Below the pieces are notes generated by a model, which saw nothing but the letters and a program-made list of their open reading frames with translations, had not been told where the DNA came from and did no database searches. A stretch of 64,000 nucleotides of DNA from Marsupella aquatica (lineage: Eukaryota; Plantae; Marchantiophyta). This document shows, in pieces, positions 12,438-23,770 of the stretch. The stretch is taken from positions 22,022,558 to 22,086,557 of the forward strand of contig OZ316895.1 in assembly GCA_973895155.1 (NCBI GenBank), written 5' to 3'. Numbering within the stretch: position 1 is the stretch's first letter; every line of letters begins with the position of its first letter. The position numbers were made by a program, and so were the translations under genes.

Positions 12438-13395
12438 AAACTGGGATGACGAGTGCTGCATATCAAACGACTCAGTGAGCCAGTCAGATCTGATAGAAGT
12501 GGATCTCGTATATATTTGGTGCCTACACAGCGGAACCCCAGCATCATGAAGTCACAGTCCTGATTGTGTGCATGAAATCTCCATCCAGATCCACCACCAT
12601 ATGCGCTCCGGGTGAAAGACCATCCTCGAACTTGAATTTGGGATACATTGAGTTGAAGTTTAAACTGTACTCGAGCACAGAATTCGGAATGTTTCAGCTC
12701 ATCTCTCATGTGCAACAGACTAAAATATTTATTCCTGATACGATTTGTCAATTGCTCTCTACTACACAAACCTCGGGTCCTCATGAACATAGTGGTCAAA
12801 TGAAATCATCGTAGCCATCGCCCGGGAAAGAGTGAGAGTCGTCTAGGTGAGAACAGATTCTCTCTTATTCTTCGTTGGATGTGAGCACAACCTCAATACT
12901 TCACTACCTCAGATCCAAAGAGACCCATGACCGGTGCACTTCAAAAACACAAGAAAACTTACTACCGGCATGCCCACAAGCCTCGGCAACCCATGTTTCT
13001 TCGGATATAAGAGCGACTTCACCTCAAATCCAGAGACAACCATTGTGCCAAATGAAAAACGCAAGCGCTCCAACGCGGTGGTGCTTGACCACTAAAGACA
13101 ACGAGCCTCAACCCCGGACAAGGTCACTACTACACAAACCTCGGGTCTTCATGAATATAGTGGTCAAATGATATCATCGTAGCCATCGCCCGGGAAAAGA
13201 GTGAGAGTCGTCTTATTCTTCGTTGGATGTGAGCACAACCTCAATACTTCACTACCTCACACCAATGACAGGTTCAGATCAAAAAAACACAAGAAAACAT
13301 ATTACCGGCATGCCCACAAAGCCTCGGCAACCCATGTTTCTTCGGATATAAGAGCGACTTCACCTCAAATCCAGAGACAACCATTGTGCAAAATG

Positions 13396-13728
13396 AAAAA
13401 CGCAAGCGCTCCAACGCGGTGGTGCTTAGCCACGGGGCCTCTAAAGACAACAAGCCCCAACCCCTTGCGAGAGATCCCGGACAAGGTCCGGGCACGAAGC
13501 GCATCCTGTCGGTACACCATTTTTGAGCCACTCTGGGCCGGTGCCGAACTAATGGATACTCATGGTCCACTGACAATCCCGCAAGGAATACGAGTTACGC
13601 TAATTGCTCCGACTTCGGCATCACCAGGGCCAACGATTGATCAGAAGGTTGGAGGTCTGGTGAAGAGCTTTCATCTGGGTCCAGTCACCAGGGTCCGCCG
13701 CTAAAGCAGTAGCAATTCAGGGCGCTCT
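13396..13728 (-). ncRNA. Putative Pol III structured RNA, copy A (shorter, diverged)
   Basis: USE-like TAAACCATAA (13794-13785), 25-bp spacer, TATAAA (from 13759), predicted start AGAGCGCCC 31 nt later. 3' end GCGCTT followed by T5. Homologous to copy B. Confidence 0.5.
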
Positions 13729-14640
13729 GAGAATGCACTCTCGGACCCTGGGATTTATAGTCGGGTTGTCTGAGTTGCCCATGCTTATGGTTTAACAGAA
13801 CAGTCCAAGCGATCGAATTGCTCTCTACCTTGCTCTCTCATATACCTTGGAATTAAAGGGTTACTACTCTCTAACCCTGGGACCAGAAAGTGAGGAAATG
13901 CTGACCAGTGGTAGCAGGGAAGTTTTTGCAAGCTTTGTGAGAACAGGTTTCAGACTAGAACCCCAGCCCAAAAAGTCATTATATGTACCTGCCTGAGAAA
14001 GACTATTACAGGGTAAGACTTTCTGGGCACAGGGTTATGGAAATGGGTACCGGTCTGTAACCTCTCCCGGTAACCTTTCTTCCTGACAGAAATTACGTTG
14101 CATTTTAACTCACATGCCTTGGAAGTTGTGTTTTAGCTCATATATTATGCTCTCTCATACACCTTGGACATGTTGTGTTCCTGATCTGAATTGTCAATTG
14201 TTCACAAGGGACTACTGCACAATTGTCTAGTCTTCATGAACATAGGGGTCAGATGATAGCATTGTAGCCGTAGCCTGTGAAAGAGTGAGAGTGGTCGTTG
14301 CTGAGCTCACGTATTCATTCTCATTTTTTGTTGGATGTGAGCCCAACCTCACCTCAAATCCATTTGCCTTCAAACACACAAGAACCGTCATTACCCTAAA
14401 ATCCAAGCAGACCAATGATTTGTTCCTCCAAATCCAAAGAGATCCATGATGCAAACTGAAAAACTGAAGAACAAGCACACCAACATGGTGATGCTTTAGC
14501 CCACAGAAACACACTAGATGCATCTAGCTGCCCATCATTTGGAATGGTTTTGTCTAATGCAGATATGTCCTCTAGGTCAAGTGAGTTACCACTGCTAGAA
14601 ACGAAGCTCCTGCTTTGAAGAAAGGTATATAGAGTCAGGA

Positions 14641-14682
14641 CATTATAGTGGGATTGTTTGAGCTACCCATGCTTATGGTTTA
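14641..14682 (-). promoter_or_regulatory. USE-like plus TATA-like module of a decayed copy of the ncRNA unit
   Basis: TAAACCATAA (14682-14673), 25-bp spacer, TATAAT (from 14647). A degenerate 3' end and flank lie at about 14190-14500. Confidence 0.5.
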
Positions 14683-16127
14683 ACAGACCAACCAATGAGT
14701 GATCCCCTCCTCTTGCAAAAAGAATCTAACTAATAAAGTGTGATGGAAAGTTGCTTTCTAGGCTTTAGTCTAAAGTTGAAGCATCTAGACCCAGTAACTC
14801 TAAGTGATGGCATAACTGAAAATGAGGATAGAGACAAAAACAACAAAGATGGGGGCAAAGGTGAACAAAACATAAGGTGGAATCATGTTTTTGAGGAAGG
14901 TTTTTTGTCTCCTCTCCTCATCTCTATTTCCATTCAAGGAATGGGTAATCAGGCCAGTCTTACAGGTTACAGAAAACTGTTAGTTTGGAGTTTTGTCTAG
15001 TCTACATTATATCCACTTAAAGGTAAGAACTCTCTAGAATGCAGTTAATGCTAAAATATTCAGCCCCCAATTTCCAGGATAAATCCTTGTGCACACTAGT
15101 CCTGTCTTCATTCTGCAAGCACTTTTTGCAAACGTAGGAACTGCAAGGGCCTGACTGTTTGCATACTTGGACTCTGTTTTCCCATAAAGAAACTGTGCCT
15201 GGCAAATGAGGTGTTTCAGGCACAATTTTTTCCTTAAGCAATATGTTGCCAAAACACTGGTTTACTGACTCAAATTGAAGGGTCACATGCATGCAAGACA
15301 GCTGTAGGAGCATTTCAGGGAGCTTTGTTTAAGAACCTGCAGGTATAGATGTGCCATCCCTATTGAAAGTTGGGACATGACTAGCAAATATTTTATAATG
15401 CTTGCAAAACCTCAACAGAATTTTGTATCTCTTGTTTAAAACACTGACTTCACCCTTTCCACCTTCTTAAAAAGACAAAGAAACAGAAACGACCCCAATT
15501 CCAGCCCCACCAAAAAATTATTTTTCCCCTGATAAATTTCTTCCCAGCCCCTCAAAAATTGGGCCTTTGCGGGCTGCCTCCCTCCCTCCAAAACAATCAA
15601 TCATATCCCCAAGATTCCCCCAAAAGTTTATCGTTTGTTTCCTGTAAGTGCCAAGTGCCAAGTTTATTTGCCAAATCAAAAATTAAATTCAAAGAGATCC
15701 ATTGTGCTAATTGCAGGCTCAAAAATGCAAGCAATCGAGCCCAAATGTCCTCCTTAGCCATGGGACCAGTACCATCTTAGCAAAAATGGGAAATTTGGAG
15801 TCATATGACAATGCCAATATTCTAACACAAGCACTTTAAAACACAAGGCACTCCAAGTACAAAAAATGAAAATACAGTCAAACTCAAATACAACACCCCA
15901 TCATGTGCACTATTTAAATGGGGTGTTCTATTCAAATACAAGGCCATGGCCTTCTGTCCGGGGAAGAGGGGAGTATCAAAGCCTCTCCCCAATCCCTTGC
16001 AAAAACAATAGCATCCTGTGGGTACACCATTTTTAAGCCTCGTTTTGGGCCGATGCCCAACTCCTAAAGTGAAATGCCAAATCAGAAATTAAAATCTCAA
16101 ATACATCCACGCTGCAAATTGCATAGC

Positions 16128-16505
16128 AAAAAACACAAGCGCTCCAGCACGATGGTACTTAGCCACGGGACCACTAGGGACAAAGAGCCTCTCCCCAACC
16201 CCTTGCGGATCCAAGGCTCGTCCTGTCGGTACACCCTCTTTAAGCCCCGCTCCCGGCCGATGCCGAACTCCTGGACGTGCGCTCCGCCCACTGGCTTCCC
16301 GCAAGAGATCCGGGCCGCTCGATGCCCCCGACATCCAGCACCGCATCGCCAGCTAGCAATCCTTGCCGCAGCTTCCAAGACAAGACCACGAGTGCGGAAG
16401 AGTCCTCCCAACCGTGCACTGGCGCTAGACTGGCCACAGCCCCCAAGACTGGATCCCATGGCCAGGGTCCTCCGCTAGAGCTAACAAACTCTTTCAGGGC
16501 GCTTT
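16128..16505 (-). ncRNA. Putative ~378-nt Pol III rod-like structured RNA of unknown family, copy B (best folded)
   Basis: USE-like TAAACCATAA (16572-16563), 25-bp spacer, TACAAG (from 16537), predicted start AAAGCGC 32 nt later. 5' AAGCGC pairs with 3' GCGCTT, nested internal helices, T6 end at 16133-16128. Confidence 0.65.
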
Positions 16506-16624
16506 GCAACGTCAAGCGTCGGATTCAGCATCTTGTAGTCGGCGTTCCTAAGCTACCCATGCTTATGGTTTAATAACTGCGTGAAGAGAGAGGAAAGAGC
16601 TCGGGCAACTGTTGCTCCCTTTTC

Positions 16625-16952
16625 TGGATCCAACGGCCAGGGTCTGTCGCTGAAGCATCTGTAAGGCAGAGTTTTTCAGGGCGCTTGATTAGGGGAATTT
16701 CAGAAAAAAAGGACTTCATAGTTGGATCGCCTAAGTTACCCCATGCTTGTCGTTTAATAACAGAATAGCGACTAAGTGAACGAGTGCCTTCTGGCGAAGA
16801 GCCTGAGCTGCATCTTCTTCTCTGGATCCAACAATGGCCAGGGTGTGTAGCTGAACCAATTGTAAGACAGAGCTCGGGACGATTGACTGGGAGGAGTTCA
16901 GGAAATGTCCTTAATAGTTGGGCTGCCTAAGCTACTCAATGCTTCTGGTTTG
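16625..16952 (-). pseudogene. Two 5'-only fragments (promoter plus first ~60 nt) of the ncRNA unit
   Basis: Plus-strand ggatcc..ggccagggt..gctgaa and degenerate 'catgct..gttt' USE motifs repeat at about 16625-16756 and 16822-16952. Confidence 0.55.
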
Positions 16953-17503
16953 ATAGAACTATGAATGACTGATGAGCTCCTGTGGCGACAGGAAGCTACA
17001 CTAAACTGTTGCACAGCTGGTGGCCCCCCCAATTATTAGCGCTTCTTTCTGATTGTGGAATTGGCAGTTTCTCTGTTAAGAAGTTCTTTGTCTCATTGGT
17101 TCACTGAATTCTCTGCATGATTTCCAGTCTTCACTGAGACTCCCATATTGGAATTGGCAGTTTTGATGAGAGCTCCGTTCTTCCAAGTGGTCCGAATTGT
17201 GCAGCGACTTTTTCAAATCCAAGTCCTGCAAAGCTGTGAAGTTGCATTTTAACTTACACAATCCAACAGGCTCATATGTTCATTCCTGATCCGATTTGTC
17301 AATTGTTCACAAGGTACTACTGCTACACAATCCTCTAGTCTTCATGAACACAGTGGTCAAACGATAACGTCGAAGCCATCGCCCGGGGCAGAGTGAGAAC
17401 GGATTCTCTCTCATTTTTCTTCGAATGTGAGCGCAAGCCCATTTTTCTTCGGATGTAAAAGCGACCTCACCTCAAATCCAAAGAGACCGATGATGCGAAT
17501 TAT

Positions 17504-17816
17504 AAAATACAAGCGCTCCAACGTGGTGGTGCTTAGCGACGGGACCACTAGAGGCAACTCGCTCCCAACCCCTTGTGAACCCCGGGTAACATCCGAGTTT
17601 GATGAGCACCCTCATCTTTAAGCCCCAATTTCTGGGAGACAGGTGCTCTCGGATGCTCATCGTCCACTAGTCAACTATTCACAAGAGATCGAAGATACAA
17701 CAAAGCTCTGATCCAGAACCGCAGCAGACTACTGCAGAGCTTTCAACTGGATCCTGTGACCAGGGTCCGCCACTAGAGCCGCAATCTACCCTAAACGGAT
17801 CTCTTCAGGGCGCTTT
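17504..17816 (-). ncRNA. Putative Pol III structured RNA, copy C (shorter, diverged)
   Basis: TAAACCATAA (17882-17873), 25-bp spacer, TATAAG (from 17847), predicted start AAAGCGCCC 31 nt later. 3' end GCGCTT followed by T4. Confidence 0.5.
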
Positions 17817-18079
17817 GAACAAATTCTGCCAGAGTCACTAACTTATAGCGGGATTATCTGAGCTACCCATGCTTATGGTTTAACAGACCAAGAAGTGAGT
17901 GAAATGGCCCTGACAAACAAATCGGCCCTTAAAACTCCCTCAATTTCGGGGATAAATCAAGCACTTTATGGACCATCTAGTATTATCCATGCTGACGAAG
18001 CCCCATGCATAGAAATAGTATTCTCCATGCCTAGACATTCAGATCAAGTACCCCGTGATAATCTATGGCCTTTGTTCTC

Positions 18080-18236
18080 TTTTGTTCTCACCGACATCTT
18101 GGCCGACATCTTTTGTTCTCACCGATATCTTGGCCGACACGACATCTTTCTTCTCAACGACCTCTTGGCCGACATGACATCTTTTGTTCTCAACGACATC
18201 GGGAACAACATCTTGGCCGTCACGACATCTTTTGTG
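18080..18236. repeat. Minisatellite, about 5 imperfect units of ~30-33 bp
   Basis: Recurrent ttttgttctca(c/a)cgacatcttggccgaca. Confidence 0.85.
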
Positions 18237-18827
18237 CAACGCACGGGTATTGAGCTAGTCCGATAAAAAAAGAACCTTCAAAATTAGGACCTTCTACTGC
18301 AGTGCCATCCCTCTTGAACTTTGGACGTGACTGACAAATATTCTATTATGCTGTAAAATTTAAGAATTTAAAATTTAAGAACTAAATCAGGAGAAGAAAT
18401 TGTGGCTTTGCATTGTTTCCTGGAATAAACAAAATGAACCTATTTGCACAGGCAATAGGGTAGTGTTATTGTCTGAAGTACCCATTCTTGTGGTTTGGTT
18501 TAACTAAACAATAAATGAGTGGTCAGGTCATTTGGTGGAAAGAGTGCTATGTAGGTTATAGGCTGTGTTTAGTGTGTTTCCTAAATTTGTTGTGCAAACT
18601 TTTGCCATCTTGTTACCTGGATGAGGTCCTGGCAAAACTACAAAGAGATATCAGGCGTTGGTGACACAAGACTGAGCGTAGTTATTTATTTATTTGTGTA
18701 AAAATGGAAAAATGGCACTCAAAACTATAATTACTCCAAATCCCTTTTTGCTTGTCTGTGTATTTCTTTCATTTAAGTTTCTCCTTCACCCTCCCCACCT
18801 TCTTAAAATTAGTTCATGGACCCCCTA

Positions 18828-19150
18828 TTAACGGAAAGCTTCAGACGACATCAACTCCTGAAAGTCCACCTTCCCATTATCGTCCGCATCGACTCCCTTG
18901 ATCATCTGCTGACACTTCTTATAACTATGTCCTTCTTTCATGCCCAGGCTCTTCAACACCATCTGCACGTAGACGAGGTCTTTATTGAACCCTGCTAAGC
19001 TTGCTTCTCTTTCGTTCACTCGTGCCTCATGCATTGGACAATCTAACAGTAGCGAGAGGCATCACTGAGTTAGGAACTGCAATGATGACGCCATGGAAAG
19101 GAGTGTTGAGTGATCAACATAGAATCATGTCCACTTCTTCCTTCGTGGCA
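18828..19150 (-). pseudogene. Calmodulin-like (EF-hand) pseudogene fragment
   Basis: VLKSLGMKEG...CQQMIKGVDADDNGKVDFQE is a CML C-terminal EF-hand. The upstream part (ATKEEVDMILC*) is broken by stops or frameshifts. Confidence 0.7.
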
Positions 19151-20729
19151 GCAGAAGGTCAAGAAAATTGTCACAATTACTTTGTCATCAGATCATCTTG
19201 CCGAGAGAGATTTAGTTATTATTCAATTGAAACACAATTCAGAATGCGGGTGGGCAGCGGTTACTCAGGGTAAAAAAAATGGAAGATGGGCCTCCTACTA
19301 GTTGAACAATCTGTTACCTAGGATAAATAAAACGGTTATTTTTCAAACATTTCTACATCAAGGTTTACGGCATGGCATCCTCAAATTTACCAAAATCATG
19401 CCACACACACGAATGTTGAAGCAATTTTATTTTGTAAACCAATCCGTATCTGTTTGCCGCGCGTCTCGATGACATGGCGCATTGTGGAGTCTCAAATTTT
19501 GGAAGGGACCTCTAGTGGGGTCCGTAAAGAAATGAAACAGAAACAACCCCTTTTCTTTCCCAACCCCAAAAATAGGTGGCCTTTGTGCCTCTGACTCCCT
19601 CCCCCCACAACAATCAATCTTACCCCAAAAAATTCCCCCCAGAATTCCCCCAAAAATTTCTCACTTGCCTCCCGTATCTGCCAAGCCAATTGCCAAATCA
19701 TAAATGAAATTCAAAGAGATCCATGGTGCCAACTTCGGAATCAAAATCATAAGTGTGGTTGTGCTTATCCACGGGAACACTAGGGTCGAAGAGCCTCCCC
19801 AATCCTTGGCGAAACTATCACATTCTGTCGGTACACCATTTTTTAAGCCTTTTTTTGGGCCGATGCCAAACTCCTAAAGTGAATTGCCAAATCAGAAATG
19901 AATCCAAAACACAGACGCTCCAGCAAGGTGCTTAGCGACAGGAGCCCTAGGGACAGGGAGCCTCCAAAAGTAGATCCCATGGCCACACGGTGGTGCTTAG
20001 CCACAGTATGACTAGGGACAGGGAGCCCCAAAAAGAAGATCCATTGGCGAGGGTAACGGACTGGTGGTGATTCAAAGTTCCAGGTCGGAAGACTGCTGAG
20101 ATTTTCACCATGGATACAAAATGGCAGGCACTGCACAAGCCATGAAGTCGGCTTCTTTGCGAGTTGGTGTGCAATTCGAAATTGGTGCATTCAATCTCTT
20201 GACTTTTCTAATTCATTTAAGTTCTCCAAATGCCATTGTACTGATGGGGAGTGCCTGGTGATAGAGAAACATAAGTACCTTTCCCTCATATGTTTGTTGA
20301 CAGATTTCAGCTTTAGACACTGCTATCTCTCTCAACAAACAAAACACATCATTCCTCTTACATCTGGGATGTTTAACATCTCTAACAGCTCCAATACAAT
20401 AGATGTTATCACAAACAAGGATCCGTAAAATGTGTGACCAGTGGAGGCTGCTGATAACCTCAAGCATTTAAGAATGAGTACTCTAGTGAGACTTCTTCAA
20501 ACTGTATCCTTGTCTCCATTCGAAGTTAGTATGGATATTGCTTTGAATACAAGGTCAAAATTTTTTATTAATGTCCTGAATCTCTGGAGAAGTCAAAAAC
20601 TCTGTGACAGATTTGAAAGTCCGTTCACATACTTATATGTCCAGGTATGTTCAATTGTGCAAAACCCGGTCATAAAGGTAAGTTCTCAGTCTTTATCTTA
20701 AATCATCAGTGACCAAGATTTACCCAACC

Positions 20730-23157
20730 CTATACCACACTTGCATCATGAACCTGGGAGCCCAAGGCTTCCATGACACTCTCCACCCACCTGAAAATCA
20801 AGCACGTGAACGTATGAGGGAAGTCATGGGAATTCGACACTTCTTATAGTTGACCAAAACACGTCTCCAGGTAGACAAATATCAGAGGACTGGAAAGATA
20901 CCCTTCGATGCCTGGACTCTCTGGATGGAAAACGTTATTCAGTCCTGCTTTCCTTGCTGCCTGTGCAGAAGTGATTCCGATACAAGCTGCTGCCCCATTC
21001 CATTGAGGCAAATGCTCCTTCCATGCCCTGCATCCACGCGCAGGAAGTTGACAGTCTAAATAAAGACATGACAAAAGCTCGCCTGGGCTGTATCCACACT
21101 CCTGATATAGTGTAGAAAAATCCGTGATTCAACAAACTCGACTAAAGAGTGACCTATGCTTCTGGACTGCATGTCAGGCGAAGACCTGTAGAATTTCGAA
21201 TCTACGTGTGTGAAAAGCGAGGCTAACAAAAGTAGCTTGAATAATTTAAACAAATTCGACAATATCAGCTTCCTTCCTCTCTCTTCGAAAGAAACTTCTG
21301 AAGCTACTGCAAAACCATAAATCTTGTTTGTTGATTTGAGATTTGCAGATTATGTGGTTATCTTGCAAATCTTGTTTGTTGATTGAGCAAATTTAGATTG
21401 AGGGGTCTCATTCGTTTAAGAGACAAGGAACCTACTTGACAGCCGTAGGAGAACCAAAGGTAGCAACAGGAGCAACCATTGCAGCAGCAACTTTCTCTTG
21501 ATCAAGCACTTTCACACTCTCCTATCAATTTCACCCACAATGAAAAGCACAATGAGCTTTGAGAAGAGTCTAGCCATACATAGGACTGTTCTGGTACGGC
21601 ATGGGAACATAGCTGAACTGGTGAGCTACAAGAAAGGCAAGACGTGCTGCACGAAGGCTGGTGAAGACTACTTACTGTTGAATAAGTATTTAGGCGTGTA
21701 ACCTCAAATCCTCGTTCCATCAAACCGGTTTCTGCAAAGAACCCAATGTCAAACACGAGAGGCGTTCCATACTGAATCCACACATATTCACCTTATGAAG
21801 CATCACACCAAAATTTTCAAACCTCTTTTGTAGAAGAACCGAATGGTGACCCGTGCTTGCAAGGAAATAAACATGACGCATACCAAGGTCACTCCCGGCT
21901 TTTGCTGATGAAGGATAAAGAACTCGGCGATTTCCATTCACAGTCGTAGGTAGCTCTACAGCCAGGACCTTTGCAGTAGCTGGCACACACAAGGACCATG
22001 GCTGGGATGTCAAAATGTTTTCAGTTTCCTGCTTAACGAACCTGCTCTAAAGGCTAATTCCAGTAGATTCACCCCTTCCGGACAGCTAAAGACTCGTTTT
22101 CAGCGTGCTCACCATCTTCTCGGCCAGGAACTAACATCATGAATTGTGAACAAACCTTTGGAGGGCGAGAATTCAAGTTGAAGTGCCTCCCTTCCATCCT
22201 TGACCTTGTCAAACTCCTGACCTGTTCCTACCCCAACAACAGCAACACGTACTTTGGGGTAGCCCGCATCTCTACGATCAATCATAAACGAAACAACTAG
22301 AGTCAGTTTAACTGGATGCGATATAAAATTCACACAAAGAAAATTCACTCAGAGCTCTTAAGACTAGGCAAGGCCAATAGGAGATAACAAGAGCTGACAG
22401 TGTGGAAGCTGCACACGCACCTCCACCCCTTGATGAAAACTGTGGCAGCTTCGGGAGATGTCACGACTATCCACTCAAATTCGACGTCTGTGAGCATGAT
22501 CGACCTAATCCTAATTAAACCCTTGACCATAGGAAAAGCCATAAATCAAAATTGGGCTGCTTTTCATCCACCAATGGGTCCACAGAAGAAGACAAAAGCT
22601 CATGGAAACTGCACTACAGCGCGGATATCTGAAAATATGAAAACCCATACCGCTTAAAGCATGAGAAAGCTTGTCCAAATCCGGTCCTGCCCTATGCTCG
22701 ATCAGCGGAAGCTCTAGACATTGAACCCCTCTTTCACCCTGAGGCGATTTTACAATAGAAAAGAGACACATTGCGTAATAAGAAATCTCAGTCCATGCCC
22801 TTCTCCTTCTTATTATCAAATTGTCTAATCAACCTAATTTAGAGCATGAACTAAGTCATTTGTAATTCTGCTGCCCAGAAAGGGGCCAAGAGAGCTCTAC
22901 CTCAACACCAAACAGAGTTACACACAAGACCATCGACTCAGCTCAAATCTCGAATTCGAGCTTACCAGAGCTTTCATGAGCTTCCCGTTCTTCCCACTTT
23001 CCCGTGTCACGACCACGTTAGCGCTGCCCACACTACTGCCTCGACACCGGACTCCTAACGTCGCCCATGACTGGGCTCCTACTCTAAAGTCCATCCCCAC
23101 CCGACTCCATCTCGCAGCACCATACGCGCAGGAGGAGATGGCCTCAAGCATTGCCAT
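20730..23157 (-). CDS. HEMD: Uroporphyrinogen-III synthase, chloroplastic (9 exons, ~295 aa)
   Basis: GT-AG exons 22966-23157, 22651-22738, 22421-22487, 22156-22271, 21884-21979, 21676-21731, 21436-21521, 20902-21027 and 20730-20790 sum to 888 nt. Motifs VVVTRESGKNGKL, LELPLIEH, WIVVTSPEAA, VLYPSSAKA, VTRLNTYST, PESPGIEGWV. Confidence 0.93.
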
Positions 23158-23379
23158 TTTCGCGGACACAAGGACAAATGCCCCGCACCTTCCTGCAATT
23201 TCTGCTTCGGATGAATTTGAGTTGGATTTGGTCAGGAGCCCAGATCCACTCTTCCAAAGCGCAAGAACATTTTCCCACTACGAGTTGGCGCACCTGCGCA
23301 ACCGCAACGCAAAGTCCATCAAGCTCAGTGAAGTGGAAAAACTAATGCTCACAATGCACCACCTCAGCTCCTTAGCAAC

Positions 23380-23770
23380 ATTGCGACGTAATTCCACAAC
23401 ATCACTCCAAAACCACAAACTCAGCAGTGACACAGACCAAGAGAGTTCACAGTAGAGTGGAATTGCTCCAAACCCAGCAAAACAATGCAGCAGTGCCACA
23501 GACTAAGAGAGCAGCATAGAGGAATCCTACAACATCACCCCACACTCATCAGAGCCAGTTGCACAATACTACGACATCACTCCAAACTCACCAAACCAAA
23601 AGCTTTAGAACTGACAGACTCACGGAGTTGAGAGTGGGCAAAGAGAGAATAGTACAAACATCACTCCACACTCACCAAATAAAAAAATTCAGCAGTGACA
23701 CGTACTAAGAGAATTCACACCATCACTCCAAACTCAACGAAGTAAAAACGTCAGCAGTGCCACAGATTGG
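23380..23770. repeat. Imperfect direct repeats upstream of HEMD
   Basis: About 5 copies of acatcactccaaactca...cagcagtgacacagac. Confidence 0.7.

Noticed and set aside
16128-16505. Identification of the structured RNA as telomerase RNA, RNase MRP, SRP/7SL or U3
   Set aside because: No template longer than one telomere repeat (CCCUGAA only, at the 5' stem). GGGGCUUA is present, but the MRP partner GAAAGUCCCC is absent and the position is wrong. No SRP helix-8 AGCA and no U3 box A/A'. A covariance-model search is still needed.
12875-16573. ORFs of 85-167 aa overlapping the duplicated modules
   Set aside because: Frames and stops are not conserved between copies and there are no recognisable domains. 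They are by-products of GC-rich repeats.
17789-17812. Telomeric heptamer CCCTAAA and hammerhead-like CUGAAGA in copy C
   Set aside because: The heptamer is in the wrong sense for a template and absent from other copies. No matching GAAA or stems for a hammerhead.
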